Shown: positions 10,287 through 19,092, counted from the first letter of the stretch. The stretch is 64,000 bases of DNA from Candidatus Aminicenantes bacterium (GCA_963702005.1 OY969696.1:3008001-3072000); one strand, 5' to 3'. The notes: generated by a model from the sequence alone, not told the origin. Numbers and translations are program-made.

Positions 10287-12100
10287 AGGAGGGGCTCGCC
10301 GGCCTTCGAGCCGGCGTTATCGTCCGGAAGCGGCCCTTTCTGCTGGAGGATGAAGCGTACCTTCTCCTCGAACTCGCGGGCTTGGACGGGCATGAAGACG
10401 ACCAGGTCGTAGCTCAGCGTGTCAAGACGGTCCTGGTCGATTTTTTCAAACTCCTTGCGGACCAGGACGATGCTCATTTGGGACCAACGGGGATCCGTCT
10501 TGATCTTTTCGCAGAGATCATAAGCGCCCGCCTTGGGGTTGTTGAGGTCCAGGATCACGGCGTCCGGCCGGAAACGGTCCATCTCGGCCGGAGCTTCCTC
10601 CCCTTCGTTGATGATGGAGAGCTCGAAATCCTTGTGCCCGAAAGCCATCCGGACGACCTTTTGAGTCAACCCGTTCGGCGTGACGAGAAGAAGCCTGTAA
10701 CGAGAGAGGAGAGTCGGCGTGGGCTCGGCAGCGGGCTCGAAGCTGGGCTCGGGGCCGGGCTCGGGAGTCCGACTCGGCGCGGGCTCGGACGGGAGCTCGA
10801 AATCCCATCGGAACTCGGGCTGGGAAAGAGGCTCCGGCTCGGGCGCCGGCCGGGCCGGCGGGGCGGGCCGCTTGGCCTCCAGGATCTCCAGAGCCGGGAA
10901 CGCGGTTCGCAGGGCCTCGGTTTTGCCCTCCGGGCGAGCCGGCTCCGCGACAGGCCGAGCCGTCTCCCGGACGGGGCCTCCGAACCAATCCGTCATGAGG
11001 CTGCCCAAGTCGTCGGCCGCATAGTGAGACCGGCCGTCTTCGTCCAGGAACCTCTCCAAGTCCTCCCTGAGGTCTTCGACCTTCTGGTGCCTGTTCCGGG
11101 GTTCGTACTCGAGGGCCTTGAGAATGGTCCTTTTCAGCGAATCGGGGGCTTCGAAACTCCGGGGGATGACCGGGATGACCTGACCGAGAAGGATCTTGCG
11201 GAACACGGCCGGATCCAATGTCTTGGGGAATATCGGTTGTCCGGTCGCCATTTCATACAGCAAGGAGCCGATCGCGTAGATGTCGGTACGGCCGTCGACC
11301 GGCTCGCCCCGAGCCTGCTGGGGAGAGAGGTAAGAGATCTTGTTGCGGAACGACGCGGGAACGGCCTGATAAAGCCTGAGGGCCGTCCGGAACAGGCTGA
11401 AATCCGTCAGCAGGACGTCCCCCTGAGGAGTCAGCAGGACGTTCGAGGGCGCGATGTTCCCATGAATGATGCCGAGCGGGATGCCGCCGGGTCCGGGAGT
11501 CGCGAAAGCCGACTCCAAAGCCAGGCAGACCTGGGTCCCGATATAGGCGAGCGCGGGAAATGGAATCTGGCGTTTGCGGGTCTTGGCGACGTTCAGGATC
11601 GCCCCGGCGTCCGTTCCTTCGATAAAATCGAAGACGAGAAAGCCGTACTCGTTGAGCTTCCCGAAGTCGAGCATGGGAACGATGTTGGGATGGGACAGCC
11701 TGGCCAGCAGCCTGGCTTCCTCGAGGAAGACGGCCATGACGTTCTCTTTCTTGAACTGGAGGCGGATCCGTTTGAGGACGCAGGGCCGTCCGTTCTGGCC
11801 TTCGGCCCGTTTGGCTTTGAAGGTTTCGGCCAAGCCGTCGTAGCCCAGCTTTTCGACCAGGATATAGCGGCCGAATTCGGGCAGGAACTCCGGCCCGCCA
11901 TCGAGCCCGTCCGGGGATCCCGGAGGCGAGGACCGGTTTCGCCCCTTCCGTTCCAGGTCCGAGAGGATGTCGGTCAGCTTGGACTCGATCTCATCGGAGA
12001 CGCCTTTGTCCTTCTTCCGGGAGACGTGCCCATCGCGGAGGACATCCGCCTTGAGCTCGTCGATGAGCTGATTCACCTTTTTGTCGATATCTTTCATCAT
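10283..12100 (-). CDS. Ser/Thr kinase-like (probable pseudokinase) with Pro-rich linker and C-terminal receiver domain
   Basis: EEARLLARLSHPNIV, IIHGNIAPSNVLL, TDFSL, YLSPQQARG, DGRTDIYAIG; C-terminal RPDAVILDLNNPKAGAYDLCEKIK. Confidence 0.88.
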   Translation of the reverse strand: MMKDIDKKVNQLIDELKADVLRDGHVSRKKDKGVSDEIESKLTDILSDLERKGRNRSSPPGSPDGLDGGPEFLPEFGRYILVEKLGYDGLAETFKAKRAEGQNGRPCVLKRIRLQFKKENVMAVFLEEARLLARLSHPNIVPMLDFGKLNEYGFLVFDFIEGTDAGAILNVAKTRKRQIPFPALAYIGTQVCLALESAFATPGPGGIPLGIIHGNIAPSNVLLTPQGDVLLTDFSLFRTALRLYQAVPASFRNKISYLSPQQARGEPVDGRTDIYAIGSLLYEMATGQPIFPKTLDPAVFRKILLGQVIPVIPRSFEAPDSLKRTILKALEYEPRNRHQKVEDLREDLERFLDEDGRSHYAADDLGSLMTDWFGGPVRETARPVAEPARPEGKTEALRTAFPALEILEAKRPAPPARPAPEPEPLSQPEFRWDFELPSEPAPSRTPEPGPEPSFEPAAEPTPTLLSRYRLLLVTPNGLTQKVVRMAFGHKDFELSIINEGEEAPAEMDRFRPDAVILDLNNPKAGAYDLCEKIKTDPRWSQMSIVLVRKEFEKIDQDRLDTLSYDLVVFMPVQAREFEEKVRFILQQKGPLPDDNAGSKAGEPLL

Positions 12101-12672
12101 GAGCCGCGCTTATCCATTTCGCGCCGGATCGCCTCCCCCACGATCCGCGTCAATTCGGGATAAAGACGCTCGAGGACGCGGGCGCTCAGCGACTCCAAGC
12201 CCTCCTCGGGCGGTCCTGAGACGGCGGCGGGCATGTCCGCCGGAGACGCGCTGGGGAGCGAAGCCGGCGGCCCCGCCTGGGGAACGGGCTGGCCTTCGGC
12301 CGGAATGGCGGGCGGGGGAGGAACCTCCGGCTCGATGCGGATGATATCGGATGCCGCCGACCGGGCCGCTCCGGCGCCGGGGGCGAGGACCATCAGGCAG
12401 AAATCCTGGGCGTTGGCCACGAAGAAGCTCAAGGTGATCCGGAGCTTCCGGTCCTCGGTCCGGAGCGAAACCTCCTTGATCTTCTCCAGCCCCAAGGTTT
12501 CTTGGACGCTGTGGATCGTCTGCTGGAGCGGGAAGGCGAAGGCGGACAGGACCTCGGGATCGTACATTTCCCCCCGGGCGTCGACGACCAGGCCGTCTCT
12601 GTCGACGACGACGGCCTGATGGAGCTTCCCGTCCCGAATCATGTCTTCGACCGTCTTGGAGATGAATTTCAC
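12097..12672 (-). CDS. Roadblock/LC7-like protein with Pro-rich linker and C-terminal helix
   Basis: AVVVDRDGLVV...PEVLSA Roadblock pattern; tail LSARVLERLYPELTRIVGEAIRREMDK; ATGA overlaps at both ends. Confidence 0.75.
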   Translation of the reverse strand: MKFISKTVEDMIRDGKLHQAVVVDRDGLVVDARGEMYDPEVLSAFAFPLQQTIHSVQETLGLEKIKEVSLRTEDRKLRITLSFFVANAQDFCLMVLAPGAGAARSAASDIIRIEPEVPPPPAIPAEGQPVPQAGPPASLPSASPADMPAAVSGPPEEGLESLSARVLERLYPELTRIVGEAIRREMDKRGS

Positions 12673-13247
12673 AGCCTCGCCTCCTGTTCCAGACGCTCCA
12701 GCAAACGCCGGACCATGACGATGAAGGACTCGCGGAGGTTGATCCCCTTGAGGGCGCTAACCTCGAAGGCCGGGTAGCCGTTGAGCCCGAGCAGCTTGCC
12801 CAGTTCGTCGGCCGGGTAAGTGTCCTCGAGGTCGATTTTATTGTAGAGGACGATGATCTCGGACTGGCGGAGCTTTTCGATGTTATCGAGGTAACGGTTG
12901 AATTCGACGACGAATTCCCGGTTGTGCTCGAGCTCCTTCTTCTGACAGTCGACGACGAAGAAGATGCCGTCGGCGTCCTCGAACAGCATCCGGCGCGTGC
13001 TGAGATAGTAGTCCTGGCCGGTGGCCGTGAACAGGCGGACGACGATGTAGGTGCTGATCTGGATCGGGGTGAAATCGAAAAGGAGGGTCTGGCCGAACGA
13101 GGTTTCGATGGACTTGATCTCGCTCGTCATCTTCATGTCCTTGGGGATGACGTTCTGGTACAGCCACCTCAGGCATGTCGTCTTCCCGGCCAAGGCCGTG
13201 CCGAAGAAGAGGATCTTGAAGTAGATCTTGCTGCCGTAGGTCTTCAC
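12669..13247 (-). CDS. MglA-like small GTPase
   Basis: GTG start overlapping the upstream stop (GTGA); G1 GTALAGKTT, TLLFDF, TATGQDYY, DADGIFFVVD, NKID, SAL. Confidence 0.9.
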   Translation of the reverse strand: MKTYGSKIYFKILFFGTALAGKTTCLRWLYQNVIPKDMKMTSEIKSIETSFGQTLLFDFTPIQISTYIVVRLFTATGQDYYLSTRRMLFEDADGIFFVVDCQKKELEHNREFVVEFNRYLDNIEKLRQSEIIVLYNKIDLEDTYPADELGKLLGLNGYPAFEVSALKGINLRESFIVMVRRLLERLEQEARL

Positions 13248-13702
13248 GAGCCTTCCTTCTCGAACCTGGACAGGATGTCGGCGATGCTCCGGCTGTCGGG
13301 AAGCCGGAACTTCATCTCCTTGACCATCTCCTCGCGGATTTCCATGGTGTCCTGCATGATCTTGGTGATGGCGTCGATGGCCCGCTTGGCCTCGAGCCGG
13401 ATCATCCCGATGTAGGCGTTCTTGCCGGCGATGATCGTCAGGAGACCCCGCGGCATCCGGTTCTGGCAAAGCTTGAGGTCCCCGTACTCGACGATGATGC
13501 TGTCGAGTTTTTGCATGAGCTCCGTTCCGACCTGGGCGTAGGAGTTGTAGCAGGCGGCCAATAGGGCCCCCAGGTCCTCCGATTTCATGTCGAACTGGCC
13601 GGCGACCTCTATCGGAATGCCGTCGATGTCGATCAGGATGACCCCGACGACCTCGGGCACGCGCTTCATGATCCCGTCGATGATTTCTTTGATGTTGGCC
13701 AT
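13244..13702 (-). CDS. Roadblock/LC7 (MglB-like) protein
   Basis: VVGVILIDIDGIPI, EDLGALLA, SIIVEYG, IGMIRLEAKRA. Confidence 0.88.
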   Translation of the reverse strand: MANIKEIIDGIMKRVPEVVGVILIDIDGIPIEVAGQFDMKSEDLGALLAACYNSYAQVGTELMQKLDSIIVEYGDLKLCQNRMPRGLLTIIAGKNAYIGMIRLEAKRAIDAITKIMQDTMEIREEMVKEMKFRLPDSRSIADILSRFEKEGS

Positions 13703-13720
13703 GATTCCTCTTTCCGCGCG

Positions 13721-14800
13721 TCAGGGGGCCGGAGCTTTCCCGGCGGTCTTCAACAACTGATCCAGCGATTCCTCGACTTTGAAGCGGACCATGAGCGGGT
13801 TGGGTCCGGCTTCCAGGACAAATCCAAAGACGATGGCGTGAACGCAGACAAGGATATTGACGTGTCTCGTGTTGATTTCGATGTACTTGAGGGGGCCTGA
13901 CCGTAGCGCCCCGCGCGGGATGCTCCCGACCGACTGGACGACGCGGAGGAAGTTTTGGGAGGGGAAGTTGATGTCCCGGTACTTCGCATAGCCGACCAGG
14001 TCCCCCCCGTCGAACAGGACAGCCAGGTAGAGCTCCTTGACGCTCGACATCTCCTTGAGAAACTCGACGATCTCGGGGACCGTTTCCCGGATATAGGGGG
14101 ATAGATTCATCCGCCGTTCCTTGGCCCCGATGGCCAGGATCTTGGCCAGGGTCCGCTCCCGGACGTTGAGCATCTCGGAGACATAGGACTGGGTCAGCGA
14201 GCCGGACGATTCGATCTCGTTGAGCATGGCCTGGAAGGCGAGGTGGACCTCGCTCTGCTTGAGCTGGACCTTGAACTCCTTGACCCCTTCGCTGTTGTCC
14301 CTCATCTCCTGGATGAGCCGCTGCTCAATGAAGAGATCCTCGGGAAGAGGGTCCAGGAAATACAGGGTCCCATCGGCGAAGGAAAAGACGTCCTTGACGC
14401 GGAGGGAGTCGTCCTCCCACTCCTCCCGGGTGTGGCTGGTCGTCGCCATCCAGCCGAGGGGAAGGACGGACAGGACGCTTTTCAGGATGGCGGGCTCGGC
14501 CGCGAAGTAGATGAGCTGAATCGGCGGAGCGCCCAACTCCTCTTCCGCGAAGGACAGCTCGAAAGCCTCCCGCTGGGCTTCCGGCTCCTTGGTCTCGATC
14601 AACTTGGCCCCCTTGATGTAGCGGGCGTCCTTGGGGATAGCGCCGCAGAGAACGAACGTCCGGTACTGGGGGATATTATACCTCCACAGCGATAAAAGGC
14701 TGTTGGCGGATTCGACGTTCGGGGCCTGGATGACGATCCGATTCCGATACCAGATGGCGGCCAGCAGGGCGGCTTCCCAATTCTCCTGGAGCTTGGTCAT
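13721..14800 (-). CDS. Hypothetical protein; possible DENN-like N-terminus, HTH-like middle, Roadblock/longin-like C-terminus
   Basis: 359-aa ORF translationally coupled in the operon; C-terminal LYLAVLFDGGDLVG...YIEINT...FGFVL...MVRFKVEE; domain calls are inference. Confidence 0.7.
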   Translation of the reverse strand: MTKLQENWEAALLAAIWYRNRIVIQAPNVESANSLLSLWRYNIPQYRTFVLCGAIPKDARYIKGAKLIETKEPEAQREAFELSFAEEELGAPPIQLIYFAAEPAILKSVLSVLPLGWMATTSHTREEWEDDSLRVKDVFSFADGTLYFLDPLPEDLFIEQRLIQEMRDNSEGVKEFKVQLKQSEVHLAFQAMLNEIESSGSLTQSYVSEMLNVRERTLAKILAIGAKERRMNLSPYIRETVPEIVEFLKEMSSVKELYLAVLFDGGDLVGYAKYRDINFPSQNFLRVVQSVGSIPRGALRSGPLKYIEINTRHVNILVCVHAIVFGFVLEAGPNPLMVRFKVEESLDQLLKTAGKAPAP

Positions 14801-15201
14801 GACCTTTCCTTCCCCGGCGCCGGGAGCATGAGGGCGTCGAAGATCTCCTCGAGGGCGGGCGTGACTTCCTTGATCAGGATCTTGGCCAGGCCGACGTTGA
14901 GCTTCTTCCGTCCCAGGAGAAGGACGTGAAAACCGCGGTCGGGATGCTTATGAATGAGGAGGATGCTTTCCTGCCATTCGACCTGCATCTGATTGAGGTC
15001 TGCGGCGCCGGCGCTGATCGCGACGGCATTGGCGGCATCGATGATATCGGCGATGGAGACCAGGACTTCGCTGGGCGGCGATCCTTCGAACTTCGAGAAG
15101 AGGAGCGTTCCGTCCGGGCCAAATAGGGCGAATCCCTCCTTGTCGGCCAGGTAAGAGAGACGCTCCAGGACGAAAGCCAGCTTGGGGCTTTGGATGATCA
15201 T
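14797..15201 (-). CDS. Roadblock/LC7-like protein
   Basis: GFALFGPDGTLL, LNQMQVEW, LNVGLAKILIKE; 134 aa. Confidence 0.78.
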   Translation of the reverse strand: MIIQSPKLAFVLERLSYLADKEGFALFGPDGTLLFSKFEGSPPSEVLVSIADIIDAANAVAISAGAADLNQMQVEWQESILLIHKHPDRGFHVLLLGRKKLNVGLAKILIKEVTPALEEIFDALMLPAPGKERS

Positions 15202-15684
15202 GGTTTGGTCCCGGCCGGTCCGGGAAGGCTCTTATGTCCCGTAATAATCACGATATCCGCCTTGAGCTCCGAGACTTCCATATCCTCCAGCCCGATCGTC
15301 CGGGAGGCGTCGAGAACGGTCCGGCAGCCTCTATCCCGGGCGAAGCCTAAAAGCGCCGGCGCATCGTTGACCGCTCCCGCTGCATTTGAAGCGTGATTGA
15401 GAACGGCCACCCGGGGAGTCCGCTTCTCGACGGCTTCCCGCCAGAAGATCCTCACGGACCCTGCCTTCGACGTTGCAGGGAACGATCTCCAGCTGAACGC
15501 CGTTCCCCGCGAACCGGTCAAGGGGCCTGAGGACCGAATTATGCTCCAAAGCCGTAGTCAAGACAAGGCCCTTCTCCGCCGCCACCTCCTCTGCCATGCC
15601 GGGGGGCTTGGGAAAAGACGTGGCGGCGTTATTCAGGTAGACGGGAGCGCGCTCGGGAACGGACTGAATCCCGTCCTCGCCCAA
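15198..15684 (-). pseudogene. Aminotransferase class V (cysteine desulfurase-like) pseudogene
   Basis: VYLNNAATSFPKP, internal deletion, LEHNSVLRPL, frameshift, then HASN...LDAS...TGHKSLPGPAGT, truncated after the PLP lysine. Confidence 0.85.
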
Positions 15685-15852
15685 CGCACGGCCTCCCTAA
15701 ACAAATAAAAAATAAATTTAAGTGCTCAGATCGTATCGTATTTATCCGCTCTGACGACGACGAATTCGCCGTAGGGATCACCCTTTTCGATGCCCTTGAC
15801 CTGCTTGGCCCGGAACGTGACAGCGGCCATTGTCCTTCTCATTTTGGGGGGA

Positions 15853-16224
15853 TCATCCCGTGAGGGCGTCCTCGAACTTGTCGACTATTTCAGGCAGGAT
15901 GACGTTGAGCAGGAGTCCGGTCGCGATCTTCTTGGTATCGACGAAAAGCCCCCACTGGTACCCGTCCATGGGGATGATCAGAAACATCTTCGAGTCCGCC
16001 AAATCAACGATGTAGTACCTGCCCAGGAGCGGGAAATTGCTCCCCTTCAAGGACTTCGTCAAAAAATTCGTGACCTGGTTGAAGAGGGCGCAGGCTTTGG
16101 GCTGGGAGTTGATTCCGTAAATGCTCTGCCCGTCCGCGGATGAATAGATATCCGTGGAGAGAATGCCGTCTCCCAGATCCTCCTTGAGCTTGTCGACCGC
16201 TTCTTTCATTTTCTTAATGTTCAT
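15853..16224 (-). CDS. Roadblock-like small protein
   Basis: 123 aa from MNIKKMKEAVDKLKEDLGDGILSTDIYSSADGQSI...TGLLLNVILPEIVDKF; helix-hairpin-helix-sheet-helix pattern. Confidence 0.7.
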   Translation of the reverse strand: MNIKKMKEAVDKLKEDLGDGILSTDIYSSADGQSIYGINSQPKACALFNQVTNFLTKSLKGSNFPLLGRYYIVDLADSKMFLIIPMDGYQWGLFVDTKKIATGLLLNVILPEIVDKFEDALTG

Positions 16225-16529
16225 AAGTTTCCACCCATATCTGTTCTCGGAAATCGCGCCTTGGACTTCGGAATTAGCGCTTCCTCGCCTTCGTTTCCAC
16301 CTCCTCAGCGCTGAAGTTCTTCGTTTCATCCATGAAAAAACGGCCTTTCATTGCTTCGCTCTTCTATTTTTGGGTCCCCGATCAAGGGGGTCAATCACCC
16401 CTCTCGGTGAATTCAGGGGTGAAATTCTCCTCTTTGCCGATGAGATTTCGACTCCGCCGGCATCCCCCTCCCTCCCCCGAACGTCTAACCCTTGGAAACC
16501 CGAAATCCGGGTTCGAGCCGGGTGCCTGA

Positions 16530-18270
16530 TCAAGCTTGGGGCCGGAGGCTGATGAAGGTCTGCTCCGGGCTTTCCTCGTACACGAGACCCGTCCTCGGAT
16601 AGAAGTAGAACCGGTTAGCGAGCCCCAACGCAAGGAGAAGGACGGCCATGACGGGGGAAAAAGACGGCGAAGCCCTGGGGATTGCGGAAAAGGGATGCCT
16701 CCAGCCGGGACACAAGAGAGACGAAGATCAGGAATCCTCCCAGGTAGACGAACCACAAGAACTGAAGGCGTTCCTTGCCCGGAAGCGAAGAACAGGCAAA
16801 GGGGATTTTCGGGAAGCGAAGGAAGAAAAGCCCCTCGAGAAAAACCGAGATCGACAGCCCGAACAGGGCGTGGAGAAGGGCGTTCGTCCAGCCCCAGCTG
16901 AACAAGGAGACGGCCCCCACGGCCAGAAACAGGGGAACCAGGCCCAGCCAAAAAACGGCTTTTTTGAGCCCGCTAAAATAGTGTCTGTGGACGGGGTGCT
17001 CGGTCAGTCGGAACACCCAAATCGCCTCGGGCGCGACTGGACTGGCCGTCAAGACCCTCAGTCCGGCCAAGAGAAATAAGGACATGATGATCGGGGCGGC
17101 CAGGAACGCTCCATGGGGAGGGCCCGGCGACCTCTCTTGGGTGCCGGCCCAGGAGATCAGGATGAGAACGAGGGCGACGGGCACGGACATCGTCGCCGCC
17201 GCCATCCACTTGTGACGCGGGCTCCGGGCCAGGGTCCGGCCGAAGAAAAAGAAGACGGCCCTTTCCACCGGATTCCTTAGGGCGATCGCGCTAAAGGCGC
17301 GTGCCAGCAGGCTCCTGACCCCCAAGAAGAGGGGCCGCCGCGTGGCGGCCTCCTGGGATTTGACGACTTGGCGGCGGTAGCCCGCCGCGAAGACCAAGGA
17401 GAACGCCCCCAGTCCGGCGGCCAAGGCCAGAGCTCCGTAGAACGCCAAGGCTCTGAAGACGGGGTCGGGGTTTCCGAGGAGCCGTTCGTAAAGGCCCGTA
17501 AACCACATGGGCGGGAAATAGAGGATGATCGTTGACTTCCGATCGGCGAGGCTGTTCAGGAACTCGAACATCCTGGGATTGCCTAGCGTGTCTGAGATGA
17601 GCGAGAGCAGAAATACGACGAAAAAGATCAGGAGCAGGAAGCGCAGGGTCATCGAGACCAAGCGGAAGAGCCCGGGGCCGAGGACGGCCATAAGGAATCC
17701 GACCAGGACCGCGAAGAAAAAGAAGGTGAAGATATTGGCGGCCAGGCTGCTCAGAAGGTGGACGAAGAACAGGCGCACCGTGAAGGCCATTCCGTGGGGC
17801 TGCCACTGGGGGAGGTAGATCGCGAAGGCGAAAACGGCCAGGGCGTTGGCGATGAGGGTGAACAGGCCGACCAGGAGGACGAACGAGGACAGCTTGGACC
17901 AGAACAGGGTCCAAGGGCGGACCGGGAGCGGCATCAAGTTCTGGAAGTCCTGGCGGCCCAGAAAGAGGATGTCCCATTCGACGACGACCAAGAACGCGGT
18001 CAAAACCATGAGCAAGCTCAGCAGATAGCACTTTTCGAGCCAGGATTGTCCGGCGTCGGGAACGAACATGTACTTGAAGAGGATGCTGTTGGCCGTATGC
18101 CCGACCAGGGCGGAGACGACGGCCGAGGCGGCGATCAGCTTGAGCTTCATCTCCTCCTCAAAACCGACGTCCTCGTTGAGGAAGAACCGCCTGAAGAAAT
18201 GCCGGGTCAGGACGACGAACGGCCGCAAGCCGGCCGGCGGAGAAGGCCATCGGAAGGGGAAGCGCGCCAT
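16530..18270 (-). CDS. ABC transporter permease-like membrane protein (apparent frameshift near 16655)
   Basis: Multi-TM ORF 16615..18270; the last TM and natural-looking tail VMAVLLLALGLANRFYF...QA are in another frame ending at 16530. Confidence 0.78.
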
Positions 18271-18276
18271 GCCGCC

Positions 18277-19059
18277 TCAGGTCCGCATCATGGTCTCGGC
18301 GAGGCGCCGGGCGACGAGTTCGGTGTCCTCGTGGACGACGAGCTGGCTGAAGATCTCGGCGAGGCCGTTGAGGTTCATCAGCCGCCGCAGCCCTTCGACG
18401 GAATCGTCGGCGACGATCGACCCTTTGTGGATGATGATGACGCGGGAACAGATCTTTTCGGTGACTTCCAGGACGTGGGAGGAGTAGATGACGACCTTGC
18501 CCGCGGCGGCCAGCCGCTTGACGAGGTCCCGGACGACAAGGGCCGTCGTCACATCCAAGCCGGAGAGGGGCTCGTCGAAAAGAAGAACGTCGGGATCGTG
18601 GAGGAGGGCCGCCGAGATCAGGATTTTCTGCCTCATCCCCTTCGAGTAGGAAGCCAGAGAAGAGTGTTTGTCCTCGTCCAGGCCGAATAGCTCCAAGAAG
18701 CCGCGGACCTTGTCCCTCAGAACTGATTCGGGGATCATCCGCAGCCGCCCGACGAGGAAGAGGTAGTATTGTCCGCTCAGGTGCGGATACAGCTCGGACT
18801 GCTCGGGGACGTAGCCGATCCTTTTTTTGTAGGCGTACAGGTCGCGCCGGATGTCGCGCCCTCCGAACAGAATGGACCCCTCGCTGGGGTCGAGGAGACC
18901 CGCCAACATCTTGATCGTCGTCGTCTTGCCGGCGCCGTTCGGGCCGAGGTAGCCGATGACTTCCCCGGGCCGGGCCACGAAACTCACGGCGCGGACGACC
19001 GGAAAGACGTGATAGGTCTTGGTGATTTCCCTCAATTCGAGTGTGGCGTCAGTTCTCAT
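18277..19059 (-). CDS. ABC transporter ATP-binding protein
   Basis: GPNGAGKTT, YSKGMRQK, LLFDEPLSGLD, SSH. Confidence 0.95.
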   Translation of the reverse strand: MRTDATLELREITKTYHVFPVVRAVSFVARPGEVIGYLGPNGAGKTTTIKMLAGLLDPSEGSILFGGRDIRRDLYAYKKRIGYVPEQSELYPHLSGQYYLFLVGRLRMIPESVLRDKVRGFLELFGLDEDKHSSLASYSKGMRQKILISAALLHDPDVLLFDEPLSGLDVTTALVVRDLVKRLAAAGKVVIYSSHVLEVTEKICSRVIIIHKGSIVADDSVEGLRRLMNLNGLAEIFSQLVVHEDTELVARRLAETMMRT

Positions 19060-19076
19060 TGTTGTTTCTTTCCTAA

Positions 19077-19092
19077 GCAAATTACATGCCAA
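19077..19092 (-). promoter_or_regulatory. Sigma-54 (-24/-12) promoter-like site
   Basis: TTGGCATGTAATTTGC just upstream of the ABC ATPase gene; the implied leader is very short. Confidence 0.55.

Noticed and set aside
10715-10870. GGGCTC(G)-type short repeats as a possible CRISPR or tandem array
   Set aside because: They encode the Pro/Glu-rich linker of the kinase-like protein; no repeat-spacer periodicity or cas genes anywhere in the window
13248-13469. His/Arg-rich N-terminal extension of the GTPase in the ORF track
   Set aside because: It overlaps the upstream Roadblock gene; the GTG at 13247 gives a normal MglA-length protein with translational coupling
16225-16430. Riboswitch in the leader of the Roadblock cluster
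   Set aside because: Hairpins are present (TCACCCCT/AGGGGTGA; AGCGCT pair) but match no aptamer consensus I recognise; insufficient support
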